Below, piece after piece: positions 42,534-56,231 of a stretch of 64,000 nt of DNA (within the stretch, counting starts at the first letter, position 1; every line of letters starts with the position of its first letter). Origin of the DNA: Eledone cirrhosa (lineage: Eukaryota). Location of the stretch: NCBI GenBank assembly GCA_964016885.1, contig OZ024741.1:124434001-124498000 (forward strand). The letters are read 5' to 3'. The notes below the pieces were generated by a model, which made no database searches, was not told the origin of the DNA, and worked only from the letters and a program-made list of their open reading frames with translations. Position numbers and translations under genes: made by a program.

Positions 42534-44148
42534 AATATATGTGATTGAAGAGAATTTTCACAGCTTAACTGACTAGAGTCATCAAATCAGTTTCGTCTAG
42601 CATTATGAGAGACTGCGGCTGTCTTAATGAATTCTGTTCAGGATATTGTAGATAAAGGAAGAGTCCATGGAGGTGACCCTACGAATCTATTGTTTAAGGG
42701 TCTTCATTTCACCTACTACAAGAACATGTCGAGATTGTTCTAAAAATCATTATCGATCTTATGTATAGAATCATGTTTTAGACTTATTTCGCAATTGCCA
42801 ATGAATATTTCAATAGAAATCTATTTATATTTCACTCCGTTTGCCTCTAATTTGAGGAGAGCACTTTACTTTCCTCATTCAAGGAATAAAGAGTAAAGGT
42901 GCCAATCAATTACCGGGGTCGATATAATAAACTTTCCTGCCCTACGGAAAGCAGGCTTTGTGACAAGATTTTAAATCATTATTATCAATGTCAAGACGAT
43001 GTCGTTTTACTCTGGAGTTTCACCCATATGTTTACAGGGTCATCAAACAAGTCTTGTCTGTTTAATCTATGAATATGAGCTGGATGTTGCTTTGATCGAA
43101 AGACTTAATATCCGAAGTAGAAACCGATGGATGAGAATTGAATAATATATATATGTATATATTATGATGGATTTTATCAACGTTTTACCTTTTCTCAAAT
43201 AGTGTGGCTTTCTCCATATATGATTATCTACAGAAATATATATTTATTGGAAAACATGATAATTCTAGAATCCATCAATAATTGTTTCAATTTCATACAA
43301 AAACGATATGTTGTAAATTCCTGTTAAAGAAAAGAAGTATCTACTGACAGCTCATTCCTTATACAAGATGGTCATTACAGTTACATTGATTCAGTTCTCT
43401 TTACAAATATCTTACATCTGAATTTCATTCATGTTTACAGTTTTTGCCTCTTTCATTTTCATTCTTTCGATTCAAATTTCTTTCCTATATTATTTCTAAG
43501 TGGACGAAGTATGGCCGAATGTTTGCAGCCATAAGATCCCGGGTTTATCCTACAGATTGGCTCTTGAGAGTAGTTCGTGAATCATAACCGCACATCTATT
43601 CATGCATTCTGAGAACGACTGAATCGAGGGAAACTGTTTGGAAGCCCGCCCGTCGGATGGGATGTACTTCTAATTCAAAGTTCCCGTCTTGTCACGCTGA
43701 ATCCAGTTCGATAATTCCGTTACGGTTACAAATGTCAGTTGAATGCTCAGCCAGTGCCCGTTAATTTTACAAACAGACTATTACATTGATAGAAAAAAAG
43801 GGATCACTAATCAGCAAAATTGACGGTGGTCCATTGCCTTTCAATGTGTTTTTACTTTATAATGTTTGCATATGTTATAATGTTTGCATTGTATAATTTG
43901 TACACCTCATTCCTTCAGTATACTTATCGCCTTATCCCTTTTTTATTTCTTGACATATGTCATTTTTATTTATTTCTCAACTAACATATTTTGCATGATC
44001 CGCACATGCTGTGGAAACATGTCACTCAGCGAACTGATGTCGTGTAATATATGTTCATTCGAGCTGAGCACGTATCTTCTCAGTATATATAAATATATAT
44101 ATATGTATGTATGTAAATATATATGTATATATGCATATATATATATTG

Positions 44149-44181
<33 letters not shown>

Positions 44182-44284
44182 GTATTAATATGTGTATGTA
44201 TATATATGTATGTATATATATGTATATATATATGTATGATTATATATATATTTATATTTATATAAATATATATATATATATGAT

Positions 44285-44560
44285 CAACGGAAATTCAATC
44301 TCGGGAAATTAACGTGCAAGTCACTGAGTATTCCAGAGATACGTGCCCACTTAATGTAATCTCAGGGAGATTCAGCGTGTTATAGTGTATGGTATAGCCG
44401 ATATTTTGAATTGCAGATACAACTCATTTTTGCTAGCTGAGGAGAGTGGTGTTTCATGGAAGAGTTTCTTGCTCAAGGACATAATACCAAGTTGGCAATC
44501 GAAAATGAGACCTTATGATTGAGGGGGGAAAACTCTCACAACTATATCACGAGCTTTCAC
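44285..44560 (-). mobile_element. Second SINE-like family (other copies ~43650-43800, 46900-47030, 47710-47960, 31560-31680)
   Basis: Shared ggagattcagcgtg / cacgctgaatc and cttgctcaaggaca / tgtctttgagca segments. Confidence 0.6.
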
Positions 44561-44839
44561 TACAACCATATATCACTGAATGATCATCAGTCACCTAAAT
44601 AATGTCAGCTACACCACATCCTAGCTCTAAACATAATCTCCTCTCAATATGATTATGTATCTATGTATGGTCTCGTAACTCCTGATAGATTCGTAAAGGT
44701 GCCATATAAACATACGATGATTCTTGGACATTTTTAAACTTGCCGAGCCCATTCCTCTCCAGGCCTGAGTACAGCAGGCTTTTTCCAGAGAAAGATTGAA
44801 AGTGTGAGAGAGGAAGTGAGAAATAGATATAGAGGAAGA

Positions 44840-44997
44840 ATCGACACCAGTACTAGAGTAGTACTTTTTTTTACCTCAAAAATATGAAAGGAAATGTTGA
44901 CTTCGGCGGGATATGAACTTAGAGAGCAGAGAGCCGGAATGAATACCATAAAGTATTCTATCCGACGTTCTAACGACTCTGCCAATTCGCCGCCCCG
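44840..44997 (-). mobile_element. tRNA-derived SINE
   Basis: atgaaaggaaatgttgacttcggcggga..gaact..ctgccaattcgcc. Confidence 0.7.
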
Positions 44998-46102
44998 TAT
45001 GATTATACACATCAAAACCCTAATAATAGCACCTCAAAAACATCACGTGTAATATGTCCTCACTGCTCGACAGTCGCATGCAATAACGTCAGAACCACTA
45101 TATCATCGCCACATGTTTAAAGATAGTGTTTGCAATATGGACATTGAAACGGGGAGATATTTTCCTGTGGGACTTTCACTCGATCTATATTTGTTCTCGG
45201 CTTTAATGTTGTATTAAATTATAATCAGTTCAGTACTAATAACATTAATAAATGTCATATGGTCAGATCAACCAGCTTCATTGTCACGTGATCGGTGACT
45301 AAACAGATCCACTACGAGGCCATGGCCTGGTAAAAATGATAAGTGGAACCATAGCAGCAAAAAAGGCATGAGCTGTTAAAATGGAGGATGAACTTCACAG
45401 AGGCAACGACCATCCACTCCAGGTATGGGTTAAATAGCCTCACCTACACGCAATTGATCAAGCGTGGTGAGTAAGTCTACACTCCTAAAATGATTAAAAC
45501 CAAATAGAAAGAGATGGAGGTCAACCACAGAGGGGTTCCTTTAAGGAGGTGAGAAGGCCCTATACTGAATTGGATTGGATATATCTTAGCTGAAACTGTC
45601 GAGATTTCATTGTTGACATATGAGTGTGCATTCACACAATTGCTTTGGAATAATATATCACCTGTGGGCTCACATTGTCCATCACTGTCTATAATTGATA
45701 AATTACTAACGTAAATGTTTCAGTTTAGAAGACAGCGGTTAATTGTACTAAAACACATGCATTTTAAGATTCACATATATTGTCTGTAAAGAACGTCCAC
45801 TTTCTTCTCAATTTATGACTCGCCATTGCCACATTATCTCCGCTAAATATTAATATCATAATCTTCCTGCCTTCCACCGCCTACACGTATCAAACATACG
45901 TACATGAATAGAATAATATTATGAATTACGACTATCGATTCAAGGAATTATAAACAGACATTTCTGTTATCCTTCAGCAATCTTAGAAAATAGTTTTTTC
46001 GAATCCAACGCAAATAATTTGGATTCGGTAAAATCGTGAAGTTACCTAGGTTAGAGTCTCCGTCTAGGGTATTATCCTTTCTAAATATATACTATTAATA
46101 TA

Positions 46103-46288
46103 AGTGTTTCTACTTTTGGCACAAGGCCAGCAATTACCCAGTGTATTACTGGTACTTTATTTTATCGACCACGTAAGGATGAAAGGCAAAGTTAACCTTG
46201 GCGGGATTTGAACTGAGAATGGCAAGGGCCGTAACTCTATGCGTCAAAGCATGGCCTCCAACCCTCTACCGATACTGCCAATCCACCA
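46103..46288 (-). mobile_element. tRNA-derived SINE
   Basis: Reverse complement of the family at 29191. Confidence 0.8.
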
Positions 46289-46760
46289 ATATATACTATT
46301 AATAGAATACCAATGTATCTTCTTTACGTGTATATATAATCAAATTATCAATTTAAGAAGGAAATTCAAAAAACTATCATTTTACAGATTTTGCGATTAC
46401 ATTTACTGCAAATACCACGTTCTATCTCTATGTAAACACTTAATAACCCATCATTACTTTCAGCCACATCCATTTCAGTATAGGCTTTAAATCATGTGTA
46501 AATGTCACCTGCGATAGACAAACCTCCTACTATTCAGAGCGTTCTGTCTCTCACTGATATTATATGCGTATATAATAAATGGAGCGAGAATGTTTATGAA
46601 ATTTTGAGTATTGCAGCCCGTGTCCTAACAGTCTATAGCAGAATCTACAGTGACTGCAAACTTCGTCAGCCTTTTTGGCTTCCTGATGGATGAAGGAAAC
46701 TGATTAACATAGAGCTTCTATCATCTTTACCAGGCTCTATATTACCAAACTCCAATATAA

Positions 46761-46832
<72 letters not shown>

Positions 46833-49800
46833 CTGTGTGTGTGTGTGTGTGTATATATATTATGTGTGTGTGTAGCATTAACTATGCAGGAGAAATCCAA
46901 ATCATTCACTGCGTTCTGAGGTGATTAAAGTGTCCTGTCTTCGATCGTATTGTCATGAGTTCGATTTCCGGTGACATATTGTGTCTTTGAGCACTGTAGT
47001 TTATTTCACAAGCATGTTGCTCTGTTCATCGAAGTAGTACATACACTGACAGATGCACAGCATTATATAGTACTAGCAGTGGTTTTCTGCTAGCATGTGT
47101 AGTATGTATATTGATATTATACACAAATATATATATATGCATGTAAATAAAATCGTAATTGACAATATACACAGCAATTGAACGAAGACTGTGTTACACT
47201 GTCTTATGTAATCAGTAACGTAATCCATGATACGTTTAAAAAAAGACGATATTATATATAAACTGCATTAGGAGAAAATTAGCGACGGAAATATATACTA
47301 TTATAAGTGTTATAATATAACGGCCGCTAACCGGAAGTGTTGACATTTGACAATTTTAAAGAAGTGAATCTTTGAACAAGCTATAAAATATATTTAATCA
47401 ACAGCCACGAAATTTAGTAGATAAATTATGTAATATTCATTCATTATTTATTCAAAGTAATGCAACTTATTTTACAAACGGGGTAAAAAATATATATTCT
47501 GGATGCAGTCCCGCACTCCTGTCTTTATTATAGTTAAGATTCATATTTTTATGTATCACTATATAATATTTTCCCAGAACACGTTGGTCATCTTTCATTG
47601 AAAGACATTCAAATAATGTTTCGAAGAATGTAATAAAAGTTATAAGATTGAATGTACCTCTACATTTATATATATCTAGTATCAATGGAAATATTCCCGT
47701 AATGCATTCAACATTTCAAACGTAAGGTCATGTGTGTTATTCCCGGTAGCTTACTGTGTCTTTGTGGAAGACACTTTATTTCAAGTTGCTCCAGTCCGCA
47801 AAGGTATTTAAAATGAGTTTATCTGTAATTCATATGGCCGGACTTGTCACACACTGAGCCACGCTGAATCTTCCAGAAAGCTAAGTTGAGGGTTCATGTG
47901 TCTGTGGAACATTCAGGTACATATTGATTTAGCGAGTAGGCTGATCCATTGATCAAAACAACTACAATGGTCGGAAACAGACTGTCCAAGCGATAACAAC
48001 GGTAGTTCGACTGCCTCCGTATAATTAACACTGTATTTTTTTGTTCTTATTTTTGTTGTGCCTCAGTAAGGATTATTTAACTATATCTATTATGTTCGTA
48101 GGCGGCGAATTGGCAGAGTCATTCAAACACTGGATAGAATTGTCTCAAATCCCACCGAGGTCAACTTTGCCTTTCATCCTCTCTCTAACTTTCTAACTTT
48201 CCCTATAAGAAATCTGCTGTACTCAGGCCTGGAGAGTACAGGAATTGATTCAATTCAATTAGAAGCTATATAACCTAAATTTTAAATTCGCTAGCCGTTT
48301 ATAAACTAAGCATTGTTTGTGTCTACATTTTATATACATATATATAAATACCTACTATATACCGACGAAAGCTCATATATATATATATACAGTAGCACCT
48401 GTACAGAAAGATGAACCAGACCAATTGAATATGAGAGTGAAGAAAATTCCAACTCTTCAGATAAGGAAAATAAAATGCCTGAATCGTTCAATTAACACTT
48501 AACATTTAATATTCTATCATACTATTTCATTATAATACCATTATAAATTTTAAAGGATTGTAAATAAAACGAGTAAATCAGACAAAGTTGGAATTCCTCT
48601 TATTAATATAATCTTCTATACACAATCATACACACCAGTGTATATTTATATATATATATATATATATATATTCCTATTGTGTATATGCCAACATGTTTGG
48701 AAAGCAACAAATGAAATCAACAGAATCAGAAAGAATTCTAAAGGAGATATCATCGAAATTATAAACACTTATCACGATGATTGACACACAATCCTCTATT
48801 TTAAAAGAAATAGAAAAACAATCTACAGACGGAAAACTTATAACTGAACATATAAACTCTGAAATTAAGAATTTAGCTGAAATTATACCAACAGTTATCA
48901 AAGATACAAGAGAAAGCCTACCACAACCCCCTTGGATGTCAGAACTAAACGAAAGAAATTTGGAAAACAAAACACATCGGATAAGAATAGAAATGTGGAA
49001 GACATGGAAAAAATTTCTTAACATAAGAAAACAAAACTTCTGAAAAAGCATACAAATGCGAAAAATATGTCGAAACACATTCGAAATGGATCTCTCTAAC
49101 GGCACCCATACTCCCTCGTAAATACCTAATTACAGAAATTGCAGGAGAACCAGAAGAAGAAACAAAACTCCGATGGGAACTTACATTGACAAAATTCAGG
49201 ACGGACATCTCCATTTCTTAATGTAAACAATCCCGCTACAAAGCCAAATATGAAGCTATCGATGACCAAATTGAAGTTGAAATTTCAAAGCTAACGACTG
49301 GTATTATAGCTGAAAAACAACGAAAACTATGGATCAGAGATATCTCAAAAGAAGAAAACAAATAAAAAAAGGTATGGCAGCAGAAACAATTATTTCTCGA
49401 CGAATATGCTGCAAATTACGGTAAAGACTCTGGAACCCTGAGAAAAAGCATTGAAAGTGGACAATCTCACCAACACAACATACGCCAGAACACGTGCCAA
49501 CACAAACACTCACCTTACCTTGAATCAAAGAAGAACTACGGTAATAACTCTTCGCCTTTTCTACAAAAACACCCTATCGCACACAGCATGAACAAAAAGC
49601 ACAAACACGATAGATATTCCGTTGACCAGACCATGAGAAGTAGTAAAACCAAGAGATCATTCTCAAGATCTCAACAGAGACTACCCACAAGGAATGTGGA
49701 AACAAAACGTAGAATAACCAGATCACTCTCAAGATCTCAACAGAGATTACCCACAAGATACTGGGCGAAAAAACGATCGAAACCTGAAAGCAAACCTGGG

Positions 49801-51645
49801 TCATTTCCCCAGTTTGTTAAAAATAATGCTAACAAGAAATAGAAAAATAATATACATAATACCAAAAATAGGACAAAATACATAACGAAACCAAATATAA
49901 TATCACGACCAAAAGTTCATCAAGCGAACACCGACAGGAATATAAATCCTGAACAGAGAAAAATCCATTTTTTAACGTCAGGACAACAAAAACCGGGAAA
50001 AGAAAAACTCCAGGAGGAAACATACCCAAAACAACTGTACACGTAGATCCTAAAATGATTAATTTATCCAAAAGAGATCTTGACAATGATGAAATGCAAA
50101 TTCTGTCAAAAGGACTGAAATTCACACCGACTCCAACAGTCAACTATCAAGAACTGAAGGAGGATACCCAAGAATTCTGTCGAAAATTACGTCTTGTAGA
50201 ATTATTCGCTGATAAAAGTAATGGGAGTGATGAATCTCTAGTAAAGAGTAAATCAAATTTCACTCCCCCAAAAGGAAGAAATATCTATCTCGACCAATAC
50301 ATTGACATCCTGTCTAAATTTCCTCTTAGACGTAATACTAATGTTAGGCCAAACATTAACAAATCAGAAATGTCTGAACTTAAACGTATACAAAATGATA
50401 AAACAATAATAATTAAACAAGCAGATAAAGGGGGTGCAGTTGTTATAATGGATGCTGAATACTACAAGGATTTGGTTGAGGAACAACTGAAAGACACATC
50501 ATTCTATCATGAAATACCGTCAAATATAGACTACAACATCATGAAGAAGATCAACAACCTGGCTTCAAAATACTACAACTTACATACTGATAAGGAAAGA
50601 GACTACATCACCAATTTTTAGCCAAAACCCAGCAACCTGTATGGCCTACCGAAAGTTCACAAGTCAAAAGAAATACAACTGGCAGTAAGAGAACAAAACA
50701 GTGAGTACATTAAATAAACTACACCCAAAAGACTTAAAACTTAGACCTGTTATAGCTGGTCCAACATGCCCCACCCACCGTCTAAGCAATTTTGTTCACA
50801 TTATTTTGAAACCACTATGTATTCACATACCCAGTTTCATCCGGGATGATATCGACTTCCCAAAACCACGGAAACGAATTCACTTCTACTTAGTTTTGAT
50901 GTTGTAAGCCTGTACACCAACATTACACATGATTTAGGAATAAAGGAGGTTAAATACTGGGTGGAAAAACATAGAGAAGTGATTCCCATCAGATTCACAG
51001 CGCCATTTATATTAAACGCAGTTAAACTTATTCTGGAAAACAACACTTTCTTCTTCAATGGAAAGAATTACATCCAAATTAGAGGTACAGCGAACTCTGT
51101 AATGGGATACTCAGAACAACAACTCTACCAAGAAATAGAGGAAAAATATAGTACGGACTTTAGAAAGTACATTGAAAAATCTTGGAAGAGATACTTTGAC
51201 GACTGTTTCATCATCTGGACAGAATCTCTAGATACTCTGGTTGAATTCAATATCCTCCAGAATAACTTACACCCATCTCTCCAATTCACAAAAGAGATGA
51301 GTAGGACCAAATTACCATTCCTAGATATAATGATAATCAAAAACGACACCACCATTACCACGGATATATATTATAAACACACAGACACCCATCAATATCT
51401 GAATTTTAAGTCGTGCCATCCACCTCATACAAAACGCAACATCCCATACTGCCTAGCCAGAAGAATTTGTACCATTGTAGAAGATACGAATACCAGGTAC
51501 AAACGCCTAACAGAACTAAGAGAAGTTTTGCTGAAACAAAAATACCCATCTCTACTTATAGAAAATAGCATACAGCATATAAAGATACCTATACAACATA
51601 GGACAACCCAAGGAAGAAGAAACCAAGAACTGGTCATACCATTTA

Positions 51646-51830
51646 TAATTGTTTCTACTTTAGGCACAAGGCCAGCAATTACCCAGTGCATTACTGGTAC
51701 TTTATTTTATCAACCCCGTGAGGATGAAAGGCAAAGTCAACCTCGGCGGGATTTGAACTCAGATCATAAAGGGACGTAACTATGCTGGAAAGCATGGCGT
51801 CCGACCCTCTACCGATACTGCCAATCAACC
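51646..51830 (-). mobile_element. SINE inserted into the PLE B linker
   Basis: Interrupts IPFI..THNP; reverse complement of the 29191 family. Confidence 0.85.
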
Positions 51831-52763
51831 GCACAACCCATATCACCAGAATATCTTCAACACTGCCAAAGCAAACCTACCGATCATTGCTCAAAGTAAT
51901 GAATTAAAAGGCTTAATCACAGATCGATTTTGACTCTTAGTAAAAGACAGCAAAAAAATTGAAGCAATTACTAACAAAAGCAAAGTTTTACCTTAACAAC
52001 AAAGACCAATCATTCACTGTATCTAAATGCAATGATAGTCGATGCGGCACATGTCAATCCATACACGCCGGTCAATATATGAAAACAAAAACTGGAAAAA
52101 TATTCCCAAATGCAAATATGAACTGCAAAAGCAGAAATCTAATTTGCTGCATTAAATGCCCGAATTGTGAAGAACTATATGTCGGTCAAACTGGAAATGC
52201 ACTATCGAAACGTGCACGGGTACACCGTCAGCAAATCAGAGACCCAAATGTCCGTCAGATACCCCTAAGTAACCATCTAGCAACATGTGGTCAGGGAATA
52301 TTTATAATATTCCCATTCTAAATTTACAAAGCCCAGGTGAAATCAAGAAAAGAATTTTATTGATAAATTCAAACCAAGCTAAATGAACAATAATAATGCT
52401 TAGGGGTATTACTTCTACTATGACTATGACTACGACCACTAACAACAACAACAACAATAATAATAATAATAAAAGTGATGTTGATGGTGATGATTACTAG
52501 AAAATGCTATTTTCATCATTTCTAAAAATAGCAAAACAATTGATGCTTTGGATAAGATCAATTAGTGGTCGTAAGATATGCTCAACCAACCGTGACGCCT
52601 AAACCAATCAGCTTTAGTAATTCAGTGAAATTACACACCGATTGATCGAAATACAGTTTGCAAGAATTAGCAATCTGGAGCCACTTTTCACTGTATATAA
52701 GGTACAAAATTTACCCATCTCATTACAGTTGAAAATTGCAAACTTGACTGTCACCACACATTA

Positions 52764-52802
52764 TGAACCTGAAGATTGCGAAAGCATGAAAGTACTTGTT
52801 CA
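52764..52802 (+). ncRNA. Minimal type I hammerhead ribozyme in PLE B pLTR
   Basis: TGAAC-CTGAAGA-T TGC GAAA GCA T-GAAA-GTAC-TT-GTTCA; palindromic stem III; predicted cut after 52797. Confidence 0.85.
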
Positions 52803-52915
52803 ATTAACACTTAACATTTAATATTCTATCATACTATTTCATTATAGTAGCATTATACATTTTAAAGGATTGTAAATAAAACGAGTAAATCAGACAAAGT
52901 TGGAATTCCTCTTAT

Positions 52916-52957
<42 letters not shown>

Positions 52958-52959
<2 letters not shown>

Positions 52960-54116
52960 GTTTGAAGTTAGAAGGCCAGAACGATGCAGGTATGGATATA
53001 GAATATAATTACAAATGCAAAAGATATTGCTGACAATTAGTCTTTTACCTTAAATTTATTTGAACATCCTTATATTTCGAGATAATATCCCTTCTTCAGA
53101 GCTATCAGACGAGAGGGACTAGATATCCAGCTAGCCCACTCAGGACCTTCTCGACGCGGACAGCTAACCAAGAGACAATCCATCTGACATGACAGCCGCT
53201 GCACGCTGGCCAACTCCCCCATCAACGACACAGACCTATGCCACCAGGTTTATGTCGTATACAGATTAGAGTGCGACAAATACAGCAATTTCTACATAGG
53301 TAGCACCACCAGACCACGTCACATAAGAATAAAAGTACACCTCAACACTAATGCTTCCTCATTTAAGAAACACCTAGCGAAATGCAAAAACACCGACAAA
53401 AACATAATAATTAGGATAGAAGCTAAGGAAAGAAACCTCGGCAATCTTAGAATTTAAGAAGCACTAATTATAGATAAAACGCGGCCACCAATCAATAATA
53501 GACTAGAACTCAACATGATAGAGCACCTAGCCCCACACTTACACCTCCACGTATCCTCTCACACCCACACACACACGCACCCACACACGCACACTTACAC
53601 CTTTACTTATTCTCTCTCACACATACACACACATAGACCAGTTTTAACATGATAGAGCATCTAGCCCCCACATTTACCTATAAACATATCTTCTAACACT
53701 CACACACACGCACACACACACACGCATGCTTATACCTTCACGTATTCTCCCACACACACATACACACACTTAGACATACATGGCCAAACCTTTTTAAAGG
53801 GAGACAACCCTTTATCCACCTAACCTTCACTCTTTGACATTAGAAATAGAATGGAATTTCTATACTATTTCCTGTCAGCATGACTTGGCAAGCTAATTAG
53901 AACATAGGATTAACTCCTTTATCTCCCTCTGAAGAAGGGATATTATCTCGAAATATAAGGATATTCAAATAAATTTAAGGTAAAAGACTATTTGTCAGCG
54001 ATATCTTTTGCATTTGTATTTATATTCTATATCCATACCTGCATTGTTCTGGCCTTCTAATTCCAAACCTTTATACCTCACTACGCAATGCTTCAAGTAA
54101 ACTACCATTTCCTTCT
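52958..54116 (+). mobile_element. 5'-truncated PLE (GIY-YIG ~53190-53530) with inverted pLTR
   Basis: C..VYVVYRLECDK...FYIGSTTR..H.R.K.H..LRI*EALII..P.IN; 52960-53100 is the inverse of 53928-54068. Confidence 0.85.
53926..53960 (+). ncRNA. Minimal hammerhead motif
   Basis: CCT-CTGAAGA-aGGGATAtTATCTC-GAAA-TA-TA-AGG. Confidence 0.7.
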
Positions 54117-54549
54117 ATATATATATAATTCAGTATAATAAAGAGAGATAAACACAGATATATACATATTAGTGTTCAAATCATAAGGGATCAGATTCTC
54201 TAGGGTGTATAGGATACTAACTATGAACAATACGGTTTGCCAGACTCAATTAAAAGAATAAATTACGAAACCGTACAAACCGAATTGTGATAACTATCAA
54301 ATACACATCCAGGCAATTTTTGGTAAAACTGTTTTGCATCAGGTGAAGGGAATTACCAATTCTATTGCTCGTCAGTGCATGTACGAATTAGTAAACCTTT
54401 CACTTCTAGGTTTCTTAGAAGACTAAATGAGGCGCGTGTTTAGAATAACGCACATGGCATTAATTGTCTACCGTGTTTCGTAAAACGTACGCTACTAAAA
54501 ATAGCATAGTGTGTGTGTGGGGGGGGGGGCGTAATTATTACTCTTTTAC

Positions 54550-55625
54550 CTGTTCCAGCCATCCGGCTGAGGCCATGCTAGGACACCACCCTTGTTGCTA
54601 CACATTCTATCTCCAGCCTGTGTTCGCTGGTCCTTGGTGTAAGAGGGATTTCGTTGCTTCTGTCCTTCGTACCATGCAGTGGGTTCATCTGGGGTTTCTC
54701 GATAGCAGAGTGTCAAGGTGTTTCTTGAAACTTCCATGTCCATACCATACAGATCTCTTAAATTTCTAAGCAGCTTGTGGAAGAGTTGAGGGCCATTGAA
54801 CCCCCAGGCTATTGCAGTATCTACTCCTTATTCTAGATGTGAAAGTTTGGTGCTACACAGTGACACTGTGTTCGTGGATTGGTCCAGCTCTCAATACCAA
54901 AGTTTGGTGCTAGTCCCTCCAGGAGTTTCCACATGTATATCACTGCGTGTCTATCCCATCTTCGTTCCAAAGAGTGGAGAGTTTAATTTCTATTAGCCTC
55001 TCCCAGTAGCTCATCTCCTTCATGGTGGCAATCCCCTCAGTGTAGCTTCATTGGATTGCCTCAAGCTCCGTGGTTAGTTTGATGTTATGGGGTAAACACA
55101 GTTAGGAGCAGTAGGCCAGGCAGCTTAGGAGACATGTCCTCCATAGTATCAACATGGTCTCTTGGTCTTTTGTCCAGAAAGTCCCCAAGATCCAGCCAGC
55201 GAGTCGTCTGCACATTGTCGCCACCCTCCTGATGTGTGAAGTAAAAGATGAATCGTCACTCATGTCTATCCTCAGATCTTGTATCGATTAAGACAGGGGG
55301 ATTTCGATCTCTCCTAGACTGGTGTTGCTGTGTTGTACTGTCTTTGTGTTAACGGGTTGATATTGTAAAGCTTCAAATTATCCAGCCTTAGACTATATGT
55401 TGTTGTCCTCCGCACATTTGTAAATGGCATCCAGATCTTGTTGTAAAACGGCAGTACCAGCTGCGTTTTTGATTACCTGTGCTACCTTTGTGTGATTAGC
55501 ATAGCTAGTGAGGGATGTCTACAGATGGTATGTCTAAGAGAGCCAACAAAAACAGTAGTAGTCCCAAGACTTTACCCTGGCGCACGCCACTTGTTATTGA
55601 GGTTTCCCTTGAGGGGGCCCCATTG
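54550..55625 (-). mobile_element. CR1/Jockey-group LINE 3' part, decayed
   Basis: SGVRQGKVLGLLLF, YANHTK, LQQDLDAIY, GWILGTF, LEAIQ, SYWERL. Confidence 0.75.
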
Positions 55626-55916
55626 AGATGTTTTTATAGAGGAGTTAAATATTGGATTGAACCATAAGTATTTCCTATCTCTGGATCTTCTATAGTTCCT
55701 AGGGGTCCATATATTAGTATTCAGTTCATTTATTTCCGATGCTCGTGTATAATTTTAATCAGTTTCTGATGATTTGGTTAAGCATACATTTTATTTGAAA
55801 TTGAGTGACACAACTTCAAGTTATTATCAATTCTTAGACAACTTATCAATGAAACAATTGTTAATACTGTAAATAAAATCATGTTTGTACTGTTGACCAT
55901 GTTATTCTTCACTCTT

Positions 55917-55972
<56 letters not shown>

Positions 55973-56086
55973 TATGTATAAGTGTGTGTATGTATAAATA
56001 AATAAATATATATATATATATATATTTATTAACATAACAGATTAAAGTTTAAGCAATTGGATTTTAGTCTTCAAATTTATTATTAT

Positions 56087-56127
<41 letters not shown>

Positions 56128-56147
56128 CTTATATTTTAATAAATATA

Positions 56148-56227
<80 letters not shown>

Positions 56228-56231
<4 letters not shown>

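Larger units (their letters stand above)
48486..52918 (+). mobile_element. Full-length but decayed Penelope-like element B with direct partial pLTRs
   Basis: ORF1 relic 48693-50046; INLS..KGLKFTPTP, KQADKGG, YGLPKVHK, SFDVVSLY, RYFDD, LPFLD, CNDSRCGTC, YVGQT; 48486-48608 repeats 52798-52918. Confidence 0.9.
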
